Assembly: GCA_041662205.1 (NCBI GenBank)
Contig: JBAZSZ010000001.1
Span: 159,107 to 223,106, forward strand
Direction of reading: 5' to 3'
DNA length: 64,000 nt
DNA from: Minisyncoccota bacterium
GTDB lineage: Bacteria; Patescibacteriota; Minisyncoccia; Phycocordibacterales; UBA9973
This document shows positions 28,059 through 39,701 of this stretch, one piece after another. The notes under the pieces are model-generated. The model saw only the letters and a list, made by a program, of their open reading frames with translations, was not told the origin of the DNA and did no database searches. How positions within the stretch are numbered: the first letter of the stretch is position 1; each line of letters opens with the position of its first letter. The position numbers and the translations under genes were made by a program.

Positions 28059-28454
28059 ATGACTATGGAAAATGGAAAACCGGAGGGAGAAAAAGGGTCA
28101 ATTTTAGGTAAAGTTTTTAAAAGTGAAGGCTTACTAAATGCAGAAGCTAGGGCGAGCTCATTGATTGAAAGAGCTAGATTAAATGAAGCTATTAGGGTGA
28201 TAGAAGATCTAGAAGCAGAAGTAAGAGACATGAAGATATCAGATAGGTTTAGTAGGACAGCAAAACCCTCTGAGAGTGTGTACAGTTCTCTCGGTGGTGG
28301 AATGAATGCTGCATTATTAAAAGGTTTAACAGAAGATGAATACAAAAGACAAGTTTTATTAATAAATTTAAGATCAATAAGGGAAAGTATAGATTCTACT
28401 ATTGGAGGTATGGAAAGAGTAATTTTAGATATCGAGGCAACAAAACAGGAATAA
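28059..28454 (+). CDS. Hypothetical coiled-coil protein (131 aa)
   Basis: ORF with a plausible start; no recognisable motif. Confidence 0.4.
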   Translation: MTMENGKPEGEKGSILGKVFKSEGLLNAEARASSLIERARLNEAIRVIEDLEAEVRDMKISDRFSRTAKPSESVYSSLGGGMNAALLKGLTEDEYKRQVLLINLRSIRESIDSTIGGMERVILDIEATKQE

Positions 28455-28665
28455 TCTTACGTAAAGGATAGAACTGATTCAAATTTTTTTGTTATATTAA
28501 AATAGTTTTTTTACTCCTATTATTTATAATGTTTGATTAAAAATTATGCCAGTCAGATAGAGGACTGGCACTCTTGAGCCGAAGTCTCAGACTCTTTTTT
28601 TCAGATGAGGACACTTTATCCTCTTACATCTCTCAGCCTTGCGGGCAGTGAGACGAAAACCTTTT

Positions 28666-28836
28666 TTACTGCATCTGTATCTCATTCGCATCTCCTAATG
28701 AATCAGTAATTTCACTACAAGGTGGGCAAACTATTTCGTTTGCTCGCCCTTCATTAATCAAACGCAGTTCATCTTTACTGGGTGTTTGCCATTTTTCTCT
28801 TATTTGTACCTGGTGACAAACTACACAAAAGTCCAT
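28666..28836 (-). CDS. Small zinc-ribbon protein (56 aa; CxxC...CPPC), not in the ORF track
   Basis: Minus-strand ORF MDFCVVCHQVQIREKW...IVCPPCSEITD, with a strong Shine-Dalgarno (AAGGAGGTG) 7 nt upstream of the ATG. Confidence 0.5.
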   Translation of the reverse strand: MDFCVVCHQVQIREKWQTPSKDELRLINEGRANEIVCPPCSEITDSLGDANEIQMQ

Positions 28837-29057
28837 ATTATCACCTCCTTTCGAAGAACCTAGATTTGTTTAGAATTTATCATATTTTTTATAATTTACA
28901 AGCCTTATTTCTAAATTGGGCATAAATTTGCATCCTAATCTTCTTTATATTATTATAAGAGAAAGCCACGAGGCTTTTTGTTTTTACTTGTCCCGTACTA
29001 AATTTTTGATTACGGCACATAAGGATAAAGATTATTATTTAAAATTTTAGTACTGGG

Positions 29058-29315
29058 ATGAATGAAGAAAAAAAGAATTTTAACGAGGGTCCTTGGTGGA
29101 AACCAGCGATGGAGATATTAAGCGAGGTTTCGACTTGGATTGTCGTGCCTATCGTTTTAGCATTGGTTTTCGGTAAAATGCTCGATACGCATTATGGGAC
29201 AAAGCCAATTATTTTTTTAGTGTTTGCCGGATTTGGATTTTTAGTTACTTGTTTTGGTATGTATCGAGTTGTGAAGAATTATATTAAAAAATTACAGGAG
29301 ATAGGGAAGAAATAA
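29058..29315 (+). CDS. atpZ: AtpZ/AtpI-like small membrane protein preceding the atp operon
   Basis: 85 aa with two TM helices; position and pattern match the ATPase_gene1 family. Confidence 0.55.
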   Translation: MNEEKKNFNEGPWWKPAMEILSEVSTWIVVPIVLALVFGKMLDTHYGTKPIIFLVFAGFGFLVTCFGMYRVVKNYIKKLQEIGKK

Positions 29316-29322
29316 TTAACTT

Positions 29323-30171
29323 ATGGAAGAACAGATATCTGAAAAAATTACACTTTTTGCTGAACCAATATTTCATTTTGGAAATTTTAGTGTGACCAAT
29401 GCGCTTCTGACGTCTTGGGTGGTGGTTATCATCATCATTGTCTTATCTTTCGTTTTACGTTCTAGGCTCCAAACAGTTCCCGGAAAGTTACAAAATATTT
29501 TTGAACTAGTAATAGAGAATGCGCTTAGTCTTTGTGACCAAGTGACAAACAGCCGAGCTCTTTCCATAAAAATTTTCCCAATAGCTATTTCAGTTTTTTT
29601 CTTTATTTTAATAAATAATTGGCTTGGAATACTTCCTCTGGGGGGATTTGGGATCATAGAAAAGAGCGCAGAAGGTTTGACTTTTATTCCTTTTTTGCGC
29701 GGAGGGACAGCTGATATAAATACCACTGTTGCTCTCGCAGTCATGGCAGTCATCGGGGCAAATATTTTTGGAGTTTTTTCTATTGGCCTCTGGAAAACTT
29801 TTAACAAATATGTTAATCTAAAAGTGCTCGGACAGATATTTACAAAAATAAGAGAGGATAAAACTGTAATTATTGTAGCTCCGATCACGTTCTTTGTCGG
29901 TTTGATTGAGATTATCGGTGAATTTGCGAAAGTTGCCTCACTCTCATTTCGTCTCTTTGGTAATGTATTCGCTGGGGAAGTGCTCTTGGTATCGATGGCA
30001 GCCCTCGTGGCCTATGTCGTTCCGATACCTTTTCTTTTCCTTGAATTGCTTGTGGGTGTTATCCAAGCATTGATTTTTTCAATTTTGTTGGTGGTTTACT
30101 TTACGATTGGAGCTACGGATCATGATGAACATGAGCATGAACAAGAGGAGCATACAGTAGTCGCAGTTTAA
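29323..30171 (+). CDS. atpB: F0F1 ATP synthase subunit a
   Basis: FRLFGNVFAGEVLL conserved Arg region. Unusual C-terminal tail GATDHDEHEHEQEEH. Confidence 0.9.
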   Translation: MEEQISEKITLFAEPIFHFGNFSVTNALLTSWVVVIIIIVLSFVLRSRLQTVPGKLQNIFELVIENALSLCDQVTNSRALSIKIFPIAISVFFFILINNWLGILPLGGFGIIEKSAEGLTFIPFLRGGTADINTTVALAVMAVIGANIFGVFSIGLWKTFNKYVNLKVLGQIFTKIREDKTVIIVAPITFFVGLIEIIGEFAKVASLSFRLFGNVFAGEVLLVSMAALVAYVVPIPFLFLELLVGVIQALIFSILLVVYFTIGATDHDEHEHEQEEHTVVAV

Positions 30172-30202
30172 TTTATTATAAATTATTAGTCGAAATTATT
30201 AG

Positions 30203-30442
<240 letters not shown>

Positions 30443-30475
30443 GTAATTATTATTTGAAAATTTAAAATAGTTCTT

Positions 30476-30548
30476 GAGAAATGCCTTGCGCAGGCCGACT
30501 GGGCCGAGCAGAGCAAAAATTCAGCAGAATTTTATGTGTGCATTTCGA
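30476..30548. repeat. Divergent copy of the GC-rich element (R3) between atpE and atpF
   Basis: The core gccttgcgcaggccgactgggccgagcag resembles R2's gccttgcgcaggctgacgagccgagcag. Flanked by the inverted repeat gaaatgc/gcatttc. Confidence 0.45.
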
Positions 30549-30581
30549 GAGAAGCTATTTTAAATTTTCAAAAATTACCAC

Positions 30582-31028
30582 ATGGATTCAATTATTTCAA
30601 CATTTCACATAGATTGGAAAATTATTATTGCTCAAGCGATAAACTTCGGAGTTGTTTTTGTCGTTTTGTATATTTTTGCCCTCAAACCACTTTCTAAATT
30701 AATGGCAGAAAGGAGTGAAAAAATATCAAAAGGAATAGATGATGCAAAAGAATCGAGTGGATTATTGCAAAAAGCTGCCGAAGAATACAAGCAAAATACA
30801 ATAAAATTAAGACAGATATCAATAGATTCTCAAAAAGAACTAAATAAAGAGTTGGAACAATTGAGAGTAAAAAATCTTGATAGAATAAAGGCAGACAATA
30901 ATGAATGGGTAAAGAAGAGAACGGAACAGATGGAAATTGATAAAAAAGCTTTAGTTGAGTCAGCAAAAAGTGAGCTTGCATCACTCGCCATGTTAGCTGC
31001 CAAGAAAATTATGGAAGAAAAAAAATAA
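30582..31028 (+). CDS. atpF: F0F1 ATP synthase subunit b
   Basis: N-terminal TM helix plus a long amphipathic helix; operon position. Confidence 0.8.
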   Translation: MDSIISTFHIDWKIIIAQAINFGVVFVVLYIFALKPLSKLMAERSEKISKGIDDAKESSGLLQKAAEEYKQNTIKLRQISIDSQKELNKELEQLRVKNLDRIKADNNEWVKKRTEQMEIDKKALVESAKSELASLAMLAAKKIMEEKK

Positions 31029-31033
31029 AATAA

Positions 31034-31444
31034 ATGACCAAGATTTCTTCAAAAAATATAGCAGAAGCGGTGTACAATGCGACGGAAGGGAAGTCGGGAC
31101 AAGATTTGGCATTTGTACTCAAGCGTTCGGCTCAAATCATAAGAGATAAGAGAATGCTTGGTAAGTCAAATGAAATTTATAATGCGTTACAAAATATTTT
31201 TGATAAAAAAACAGGTACTGTCAGAATGAAAGTAACAACTGCAAAGAGTCTTGCATTGAATGAAAGAAAAAGAATAGAAGATGAAATCAGAGAAAGATAT
31301 AAAGCGAAGAATATAAAAAGTGAATTTTTTGAAAAAAAAGAATTATTGGGTGGAATGAAGATTGAGGTTGAAGATGAAGTATTTGATAATACGTATAGGA
31401 ACAAACTCGATAAATTAGAAAAATTTTTAATACAAGAAAAATAA
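31034..31444 (+). CDS. atpH: F0F1 ATP synthase subunit delta (short form)
   Basis: Operon position between b and alpha; OSCP-like C-terminal region. Only 136 aa. Confidence 0.6.
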   Translation: MTKISSKNIAEAVYNATEGKSGQDLAFVLKRSAQIIRDKRMLGKSNEIYNALQNIFDKKTGTVRMKVTTAKSLALNERKRIEDEIRERYKAKNIKSEFFEKKELLGGMKIEVEDEVFDNTYRNKLDKLEKFLIQEK

Positions 31445-31453
31445 AAGAAATAT

Positions 31454-32968
31454 ATGTCAAACTATATCGTAGAAAATTTAAAAAAGGAAATAGAAAATTT
31501 TAAGGCTGAGACCAAGATTGAAAAAGTGGGAAAAGTTCTCGAAGTTTTTGATGGTATTGCCAAAGTTTCAGGACTTTCAGATATAAAATCTTCTGAAATG
31601 GTGACTTTTCCAAATGGTGAGACAGGGGTGGCTCTTAACCTCGAAGAAGATACAGTCGGAGTAATTATCCTCGGAGAATTTTCTGCCATTAAAGAAGGCG
31701 ATGAAGTAAAAGCTACTGGGAAAATTCTTGAAATCCCAGTGAGTGATAGTATTTTAGGGCGAGTGGTTAATGCTATTGGTGTGCCTATCGATGGCAAGGG
31801 TGCTATCAAGGCTGGGAAAGACGGTCTAAAAACTTATCCAATTGAAAAAGTGGCTCCGGGTGTCATCACTCGTTTATCTGTCGACCAACCACTTTCTACT
31901 GGTATAAAAGTTATCGACAGTATTATTCCTATTGGTCGTGGACAACGCGAGCTCATCATCGGTGACCGCCAGACTGGTAAAACTGCAATTGTTATTGATA
32001 CGATTCTTAACCAAAAAGGTCAGGATATGATCTGTGTGTATGTCTCTATTGGTCAGAAAGATTCCAAGCTTCGAAAGATTGAAGCTAGATTAGAAGAAGG
32101 CGGAGCGATGGCTTATACTGTTATTGTCTCAGCTGGTGCTTCAGAAGCTGCTTCACTTTCTTATATTGCTCCATATACTGGGGTATCTATTGCAGAATAT
32201 TTTATGGATCAAGGAAAAGACGTTTTGATTATTTATGATGATTTGTCCAAACACGCTGTCGCTTATCGAGAAATCTCTCTTTTGCTTCGTCGTCCACCAG
32301 GTCGTGAAGCATACCCAGGGGATGTTTTTTATTTACACTCTCGTTTACTTGAAAGAGCTTGTCGAAGAAATAAAGAATATGGCGGAGGTTCTATCACAGC
32401 ATTACCCATTATTGAAACACAAGCTGGTGATGTGTCTGCCTATATTCCTACAAACGTTATCTCTATTACTGATGGACAAATTTTTCTAGAAACTGATCTT
32501 TTTTATAAAGGTATTAGGCCTGCCGTGAATGTCGGTCTTTCTGTTTCTCGTGTTGGTTCTAGTGCGCAAATAAAAGCTATGAAAAAAGTAGCTGGGACAT
32601 TAAAGCTTGACTTGGCGCAATTTCGTGAACTTGAAGCATTTTCCCAATTCGGTTCTGATCTCGATGATGCCACCAAGCGTCAGCTCGAACGTGGTAAAAG
32701 AGCAGTGGAAGTATTGAAGCAACTTCAATACGCGCCTGTACCAATTGAAAATCAAATTGTTACCCTTTATGCTCTGACAAAAGGTTTCATGGATGATGTA
32801 GCTATAGACCAGATAAAAGAATTTGAACAAGGTCTCATAGATTATTGTGAACGTAATGCAAAAGTTTTCTATAAACAAATTACTGAGAAAAAAATGTGGG
32901 ACGAAAAAGGTGAAGAAGAATTAAAAAAAGTAATTACAGATTTTAGCTCATCTTTTAGTAAAAATTAA
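31454..32968 (+). CDS. atpA: F0F1 ATP synthase subunit alpha
   Basis: Walker A GDRQTGKT and alpha-subunit signatures. Confidence 0.95.
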   Translation: MSNYIVENLKKEIENFKAETKIEKVGKVLEVFDGIAKVSGLSDIKSSEMVTFPNGETGVALNLEEDTVGVIILGEFSAIKEGDEVKATGKILEIPVSDSILGRVVNAIGVPIDGKGAIKAGKDGLKTYPIEKVAPGVITRLSVDQPLSTGIKVIDSIIPIGRGQRELIIGDRQTGKTAIVIDTILNQKGQDMICVYVSIGQKDSKLRKIEARLEEGGAMAYTVIVSAGASEAASLSYIAPYTGVSIAEYFMDQGKDVLIIYDDLSKHAVAYREISLLLRRPPGREAYPGDVFYLHSRLLERACRRNKEYGGGSITALPIIETQAGDVSAYIPTNVISITDGQIFLETDLFYKGIRPAVNVGLSVSRVGSSAQIKAMKKVAGTLKLDLAQFRELEAFSQFGSDLDDATKRQLERGKRAVEVLKQLQYAPVPIENQIVTLYALTKGFMDDVAIDQIKEFEQGLIDYCERNAKVFYKQITEKKMWDEKGEEELKKVITDFSSSFSKN

Positions 32969-32974
32969 TTTTTT

Positions 32975-33871
32975 ATGGCAGGAACAAAAGAGATTAAAAG
33001 AAGAATAAAAAGTGTGAAGAATACGAAAAAAATCACCAAGGCGATGGAGCTTGTTTCTGCTTCCAAAATGAAGCGTGCGGTATCTTCTGCTTTAGCTTCA
33101 CGTTTGTATGCGGAATATTCTTCCGAAGTTCTCACCTCAGTCGCTAAAAACATTGATGATATTTCTAGTCCGCTTTTTGAAGAGCGAGAAACAAAGAATA
33201 TTTTATTTGTTTTAATAACTTCCAATCGTGGACTTTGTGGCGCTTATAATGCTCAGGTTATAAAAAAAGCTATTGCATTATTGAAAACAGAAAAGCAAAA
33301 AATTAATATAGATTTTGTTACAATTGGAAAAAAGGGAGACATATCAATGCGTCGTATTGATAAAAATATTATTGCTAGTTTTACTGAATTGCCAGACAAG
33401 ATATCTATTTCCGATATTCTTCCAGTTTCAAAATTAGTGATGGATGAATATATTTCTTTGCGTTACGATAAGGTTTTGATTGCTTATACTGATTTTGTTT
33501 CGGCTCTTACTCAAAAACCAAATATAAAACAAATTATACCAATATCTAAGGATGAATTTAAAGAAGCCTTACTTTCACAAAGTGAAAACAAAGCTTCCAA
33601 TATCGATCAAAAGATAGATTATTTATTTGAAGGTGATTTTAATATATTGATTTCATCACTGGCCGAAAAAATTACCAGAATGCAAATTTATCAAATGCTT
33701 CTTGAATCTAATGCTTCGGAACAGTCGTCTCGAATGATAGCTATGAAAAATGCAAGTGAAGCTTCAGGAGAGATGATAGATGATCTGACATTAGTATTCA
33801 ACAAGGCACGCCAAGCAAATATTACAAGAGAAATATCAGAGATTAGTGCCGGTATGGCGAGTGTAAGCTAA
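32975..33871 (+). CDS. atpG: F0F1 ATP synthase subunit gamma
   Basis: Conserved N- and C-terminal helices (ITKAMELVSASKMKRA...). Confidence 0.9.
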   Translation: MAGTKEIKRRIKSVKNTKKITKAMELVSASKMKRAVSSALASRLYAEYSSEVLTSVAKNIDDISSPLFEERETKNILFVLITSNRGLCGAYNAQVIKKAIALLKTEKQKINIDFVTIGKKGDISMRRIDKNIIASFTELPDKISISDILPVSKLVMDEYISLRYDKVLIAYTDFVSALTQKPNIKQIIPISKDEFKEALLSQSENKASNIDQKIDYLFEGDFNILISSLAEKITRMQIYQMLLESNASEQSSRMIAMKNASEASGEMIDDLTLVFNKARQANITREISEISAGMASVS

Positions 33872-33921
33872 AAATCCTGAACGAAAAGAATTAATTAAAA
33901 ATTATTATTATTAAATTATAA

Positions 33922-35322
<1,401 letters not shown>

Positions 35323-35379
35323 AATTTTTTAATATTTACTTTTAAAAACCCGCATAAAATTCTACTGAATTTTTGCTTA

Positions 35380-35400
35380 GACTTCGGCCCGTCGGCCTTC
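35380..35400. repeat. Short GC-rich box (acttcggcccgtcggccttc) related to the R-family core cggcYcgtcRgcc
   Basis: Lies between atpD and atpC; 2 mismatches from the R1 core segment. Confidence 0.35.
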
Positions 35401-35447
35401 GTATGATTTTTAAAAGCAATATTTAAAAATTTTTCAAAAACAATCAT

Positions 35448-35894
35448 ATGTCAAAACAATTAAAATTAAAAATAGTAACACCAGAACGTCTTGTCTTGGA
35501 AGAGATGGTGGATCAAGTAAGCTTACCAACCACATTGGGTGAGATTACAGTTTTACCTAATCATATTCCTTTAATTACAGGACTTAATTCTGGAGATGTC
35601 GTTGGTTTTGTAAATGGTGAACATATACCAATGGCTGTGGCTGGTGGTTTTGTTGAAATAAAACAAAATGAAAAAGGGGATACCGAAGTCGCTGTGTTGG
35701 CTGACTTTGCCGAGCATGTTTCTGAAATTTCAGATGTTGAAATAGAAAAAGCAAAAGCTCGCTCCTTGGAATTAAAAAAACAAATGGAAAATAAAGAACA
35801 TGTAGACTTTGAACACCTCGAAGCCGAACTCGAGCGTTCACTCACTCGTGTAAAAATCGCCGATAAATGGAAAATAAGAAAATATAGGAAATAA
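35448..35894 (+). CDS. atpC: F0F1 ATP synthase subunit epsilon
   Basis: N-terminal beta-sandwich (LKIVTPERLV...) and C-terminal helices. Confidence 0.85.
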   Translation: MSKQLKLKIVTPERLVLEEMVDQVSLPTTLGEITVLPNHIPLITGLNSGDVVGFVNGEHIPMAVAGGFVEIKQNEKGDTEVAVLADFAEHVSEISDVEIEKAKARSLELKKQMENKEHVDFEHLEAELERSLTRVKIADKWKIRKYRK

Positions 35895-35898
35895 TTTT

Positions 35899-36573
35899 AT
35901 GTCTAAATTTTATGTGGTGGCAACACCGATCGGGAATATGGGGGACATCACGTTTCGAGCTATTGAGACGTTAAAAAGCGTAGATCTGATATTGTGCGAA
36001 GATACCAGACAGACAAAAAAGCTTTTAGATAAATACGATATTAGTAAACCAACGATGAGTTATCACGCCCAAAGTAAACTCGCCAAGACAGATAAAATTT
36101 TTGAATTATTAGAAGAAGGAAAAGATTTAGCTCTAGTGTCTGATGCTGGTACACCAGGGATTTCTGATCCAGGAGCATTGCTTGTTTCTCAAATCAGAGA
36201 GCATTTTGTTGATAAGGTAGAGGTTATTCCAATCCCTGGAGCTACCGCACTAATCACCGCACTTTCTGCCTGTGGTTTACCTATCCATGAATTTACTTTT
36301 TTAGGTTTTCTGCCTCATAAAAAAGGTAGAGAGACTCTATTCAAAGAAATTTCTCAATCGAAAAGAACTTTTGTGTTTTATGAATCCCCGCATAGAATTT
36401 TGAAAACATTAGAATCATTGGTAAAATTTTGTCCCGATAAGAAGGTTTGTGTTGCGAGAGAGTTAACAAAGATTTATGAAGAATTCACCACTGGGACACC
36501 AACGGAAGTTTTAGAATATTTTCAAAAAAACAAAGAAAAGCAAAGAGGGGAATTTGTGGTTATTGTTTCTTAA
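35899..36573 (+). CDS. rsmI: 16S rRNA (cytidine1402-2'-O)-methyltransferase
   Basis: Tetrapyrrole-methylase fold: VVATPIGNMGDIT...ILCEDTR. Confidence 0.85.
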   Translation: MSKFYVVATPIGNMGDITFRAIETLKSVDLILCEDTRQTKKLLDKYDISKPTMSYHAQSKLAKTDKIFELLEEGKDLALVSDAGTPGISDPGALLVSQIREHFVDKVEVIPIPGATALITALSACGLPIHEFTFLGFLPHKKGRETLFKEISQSKRTFVFYESPHRILKTLESLVKFCPDKKVCVARELTKIYEEFTTGTPTEVLEYFQKNKEKQRGEFVVIVS

Positions 36574-36586
36574 ATTTTCAACAAAT

Positions 36587-38563
36587 TCATAATAGATCTT
36601 CGGGATCTACAGATATTTCAAAAGCTGAAGGGAGAGAAAGAAGTTTAGTTAGAAGGTTTTCATCTATAAAAGAATTAGGAGAAATGTCTTGGATGGACCA
36701 TTTTTGAGTATCTATTTTTATTAATAGATTTGTCACATATTTATCTTTATTTTTAGTTATAAATCCGCTAAAAATCTCAGGAGAATATTCTTTAAAAATT
36801 TCTTCTAATATTTTTCTTGCTTTTATTGTTTGTTCTTTATCACCAAAATAGGTAATTTTTATAAAACGTTTGTACGGTGGATAGGAGAGCTTGCGTCTAT
36901 CTTCCAATTCTTCTCGTACAAAAGATAATAAATTTCCTGCTTTTATCGCTAGAATTGCAGGATCATTTTCGTTCTTAGTTTGGACGATAAGTTTGTCTGT
37001 CGTATTTTCGATCGCAGAAAGTATTATTTGGATAATTTTTTCTCCAATTTTAAAATTTGGGATACTCCAGAGTGAATCAAAAGAAGCGATAACTGAAAGT
37101 GGAATTTTGTTTTTAAGATAAAAAAATGCCATTTCTGTGCCTACTAATATCGATCCTGGGTTTTCTTCGAATTCTTTTATGATTTTCTTAGCACCGCTAG
37201 CTGTTTTTGCAGATTCTTTATCTAATTTGAAGATTTTTGTTTTTGAGAAACTTGTCTGTGTAGTTAGGATTCTTTCTATTTCTTCAAACACTGTATCTGT
37301 ACCAATACCCAGTGGTAATAGATTCCAGCTTTTACAGGAAGCACAAGCAATATCCCCATCTATATTCATTTCACATCGATTGCAGGCAAACATTCTTTTT
37401 TTATTTTGATGAGAAGTATAAAGTACTAGTGGAGACCTGCATTTTTCACAGCTTACTATTTCGTTACAATCCTTACAAAGAGTCATGGTTGCCAAACCTT
37501 TTCTTAAAGAAAAAATAAAAACACTTTTTTTATTTTCTAATGCCAATATTATTTCTTTTATGCTTTGGTCATTAAATATTTGGAATTTTTTTCCTTCTAT
37601 CTTTTCTCTAGCTACTAATTGGCGGGTAGTTTTACCAAAAATATCTATAGTGCCGGGAAAATCAATTCTAAAAGAAGATGGATATAAGGGATTTAAATTA
37701 TCGATGTCTTTTCTTCCAATAGTTTCAAAACGTAGGAGTTCAGCAGCGATGATAAATTTTGCATTTATTTTTGAAGCATAAATTTCAGTAAAAACCCTTA
37801 AATCAATGTGTGTTTTATTCATCATTTTATAAGCATTCGAATTTTCATGTTCTAAGATAATGGTGCCGATGTCTTTTCTTGGAATAGATAGAAATATTGG
37901 AGTGCAAATGATTAATACTGGATGAGCAGAATTCATTATTTTTTCATAAGTTATCAAATTTTTTTTGGCATTTATTCCACCATGCATAGAAAAAGTGAAT
38001 TGCTCAATTCCTTTTGATAACCGCTCCGTAAATTTTTCTATATCTATTCCGGTTGGCAGAACTATAAAGATAGATTTATTTCTAGCAAAAGATTCACGTA
38101 CAAGAGTTTTGTATATGGAAATACGATCCGGTAATGGATATTGAAATAATAATTTTTCAGCTTTTAATCTAGAAGCCGAGCTCTCAAAAAGCTCGGCTCC
38201 TAGATTTTTTAATTTTGCAATTTTATCGTATTCCTCAATAAAAATATTAGGAATCAATGAAGCGATGGTGTTGTTCTTATTTTGAGCAAAATATTTACTG
38301 GTATCGAAAATTGTATTTAGAAATTCTGGTAAAAAAACAGAACTACCTTTATCCTTAGTAACTTTTTTAAGATTAAAATTCATATTCTTCACATTGCTTT
38401 TTTCTTTTTTCAATTCTTCACTAGATATGACTAATGCTAAGGTTTCTTTGTTTCTTATGGGGACAGACACGATATTCCCGACAGCTATATTCAAGCTAGT
38501 AAAATAAGTTAAATCACCTTTTGGAGCACTTTTTTTAAGCGGTATGATGGATATAATTTTCAT
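36587..38563 (-). CDS. priA: Primosomal protein N' (PriA)-like, with degenerate helicase motifs
   Basis: PriA zinc-binding Cys cluster (CKDCNEIVSCEKC...CNRCE...CASCKS). Walker A is degenerate (VLPTGIDIE, no GKT) and motif II reads LEHENSNAYK instead of DEEHDSSYKQ. Confidence 0.65.
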   Translation of the reverse strand: MKIISIIPLKKSAPKGDLTYFTSLNIAVGNIVSVPIRNKETLALVISSEELKKEKSNVKNMNFNLKKVTKDKGSSVFLPEFLNTIFDTSKYFAQNKNNTIASLIPNIFIEEYDKIAKLKNLGAELFESSASRLKAEKLLFQYPLPDRISIYKTLVRESFARNKSIFIVLPTGIDIEKFTERLSKGIEQFTFSMHGGINAKKNLITYEKIMNSAHPVLIICTPIFLSIPRKDIGTIILEHENSNAYKMMNKTHIDLRVFTEIYASKINAKFIIAAELLRFETIGRKDIDNLNPLYPSSFRIDFPGTIDIFGKTTRQLVAREKIEGKKFQIFNDQSIKEIILALENKKSVFIFSLRKGLATMTLCKDCNEIVSCEKCRSPLVLYTSHQNKKRMFACNRCEMNIDGDIACASCKSWNLLPLGIGTDTVFEEIERILTTQTSFSKTKIFKLDKESAKTASGAKKIIKEFEENPGSILVGTEMAFFYLKNKIPLSVIASFDSLWSIPNFKIGEKIIQIILSAIENTTDKLIVQTKNENDPAILAIKAGNLLSFVREELEDRRKLSYPPYKRFIKITYFGDKEQTIKARKILEEIFKEYSPEIFSGFITKNKDKYVTNLLIKIDTQKWSIQDISPNSFIDENLLTKLLSLPSAFEISVDPEDLL

Positions 38564-38577
38564 AAAATTTATGTGGC

Positions 38578-38608
38578 GTTAAGTTCGTAGTTGTGTGGAG
38601 TGAAGTTC
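38578..38608. promoter_or_regulatory. Two direct repeats AAGTTCGTA, 22 bp apart, in the priA/mreB divergent promoter region
   Basis: Seen in the sequence; binding factor unknown. Confidence 0.25.
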
Positions 38609-38676
38609 GTAATTATATAGCTTTAAGCTCATAATTTACATTTCATTCTAGCATAAAAATATGTTATATTGCCTTT

Positions 38677-39690
38677 ATGGGTTTTTTTTCACATAAATTA
38701 GGGATAGATTTAGGAACAGCTAATACTTTGGTATTCGTACCTGGGAAAGGTATTGTTTTAAATGAGCCTTCAGTGGTAGCGGTTTCTGAGCAAGACAATA
38801 AAATTTTAGCGATTGGTTTTGAGGCAAAAGATATGATTGGTAAAACCCCAGAATCAATAATCACTTATTGCCCAATGAAGGATGGAGTGATAGCGGATTA
38901 TCGGGTAACTGAAGCGATGCTCCGTTATTTTATAAGTAAGGCAATGGGTAAATTTAATTTTTTCAAGCCTGATGTGATGATCTCTGTTCCTGCTGGTGTG
39001 ACCTCTACGGAAAGACGTGCTGTCGTCGAGGCAGCGATACGCGCAGGAGCAAAAAATGCTTATGTAGTTAAAGAGCCGATATTGGCAGCCATTGGTGCAG
39101 GAATTCCAATTTATGAATCAAAAGGGTATATGGTTGTAGATATCGGTGGAGGTACGACAGATGTAGCAGTAATTTCTCTCGGAGGAATTGTATCTTCTAC
39201 TTCAGTGAAGTGTGCGGGGAATAAAATTGACCAAGCGATAGCAGATTATATTAAAAAAACTTTTAATTTAGCGATCGGAGATAGAACAGCCGAAGAGGTA
39301 AAAATCAAAATTGGTGCCGCGGTTCTTTTAGAAGAAGAACTTCATGTGACTATCAAAGGAAGAGATTTTATTCAAGGATTGCCGAGGTCTGCGCAAGTCG
39401 GGACTAATGAAATAGTTAAAGCGATAGATAATGAATTAAAACAAATAATAAAAGCTATTAAGGATGTCTTGCAAGAAACTCCTCCCGAACTCGCTTCTGA
39501 TATCATTGACCATGGAATTGTTATGACAGGTGGTTCTTCTCAACTGAGGAATCTTCCGGATCTGGTTTATAGAAAAACAGGGGTTAAGGCAGCTTTGGCT
39601 GAAGATGCTCTTTTTTGTGTAGTAAAAGGTACCGGTATCGCTCTGGAACATTTAGACGTTTATAAAAAAACAGTTTTAAGTAAAAAATAG
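38677..39690 (+). CDS. mreB: Rod-shape-determining protein MreB
   Basis: Actin-fold motifs LGIDLGTANT and DIGGGTTD. Confidence 0.9.
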   Translation: MGFFSHKLGIDLGTANTLVFVPGKGIVLNEPSVVAVSEQDNKILAIGFEAKDMIGKTPESIITYCPMKDGVIADYRVTEAMLRYFISKAMGKFNFFKPDVMISVPAGVTSTERRAVVEAAIRAGAKNAYVVKEPILAAIGAGIPIYESKGYMVVDIGGGTTDVAVISLGGIVSSTSVKCAGNKIDQAIADYIKKTFNLAIGDRTAEEVKIKIGAAVLLEEELHVTIKGRDFIQGLPRSAQVGTNEIVKAIDNELKQIIKAIKDVLQETPPELASDIIDHGIVMTGGSSQLRNLPDLVYRKTGVKAALAEDALFCVVKGTGIALEHLDVYKKTVLSKK

Positions 39691-39701
39691 TTCTAAGAAA
39701 T

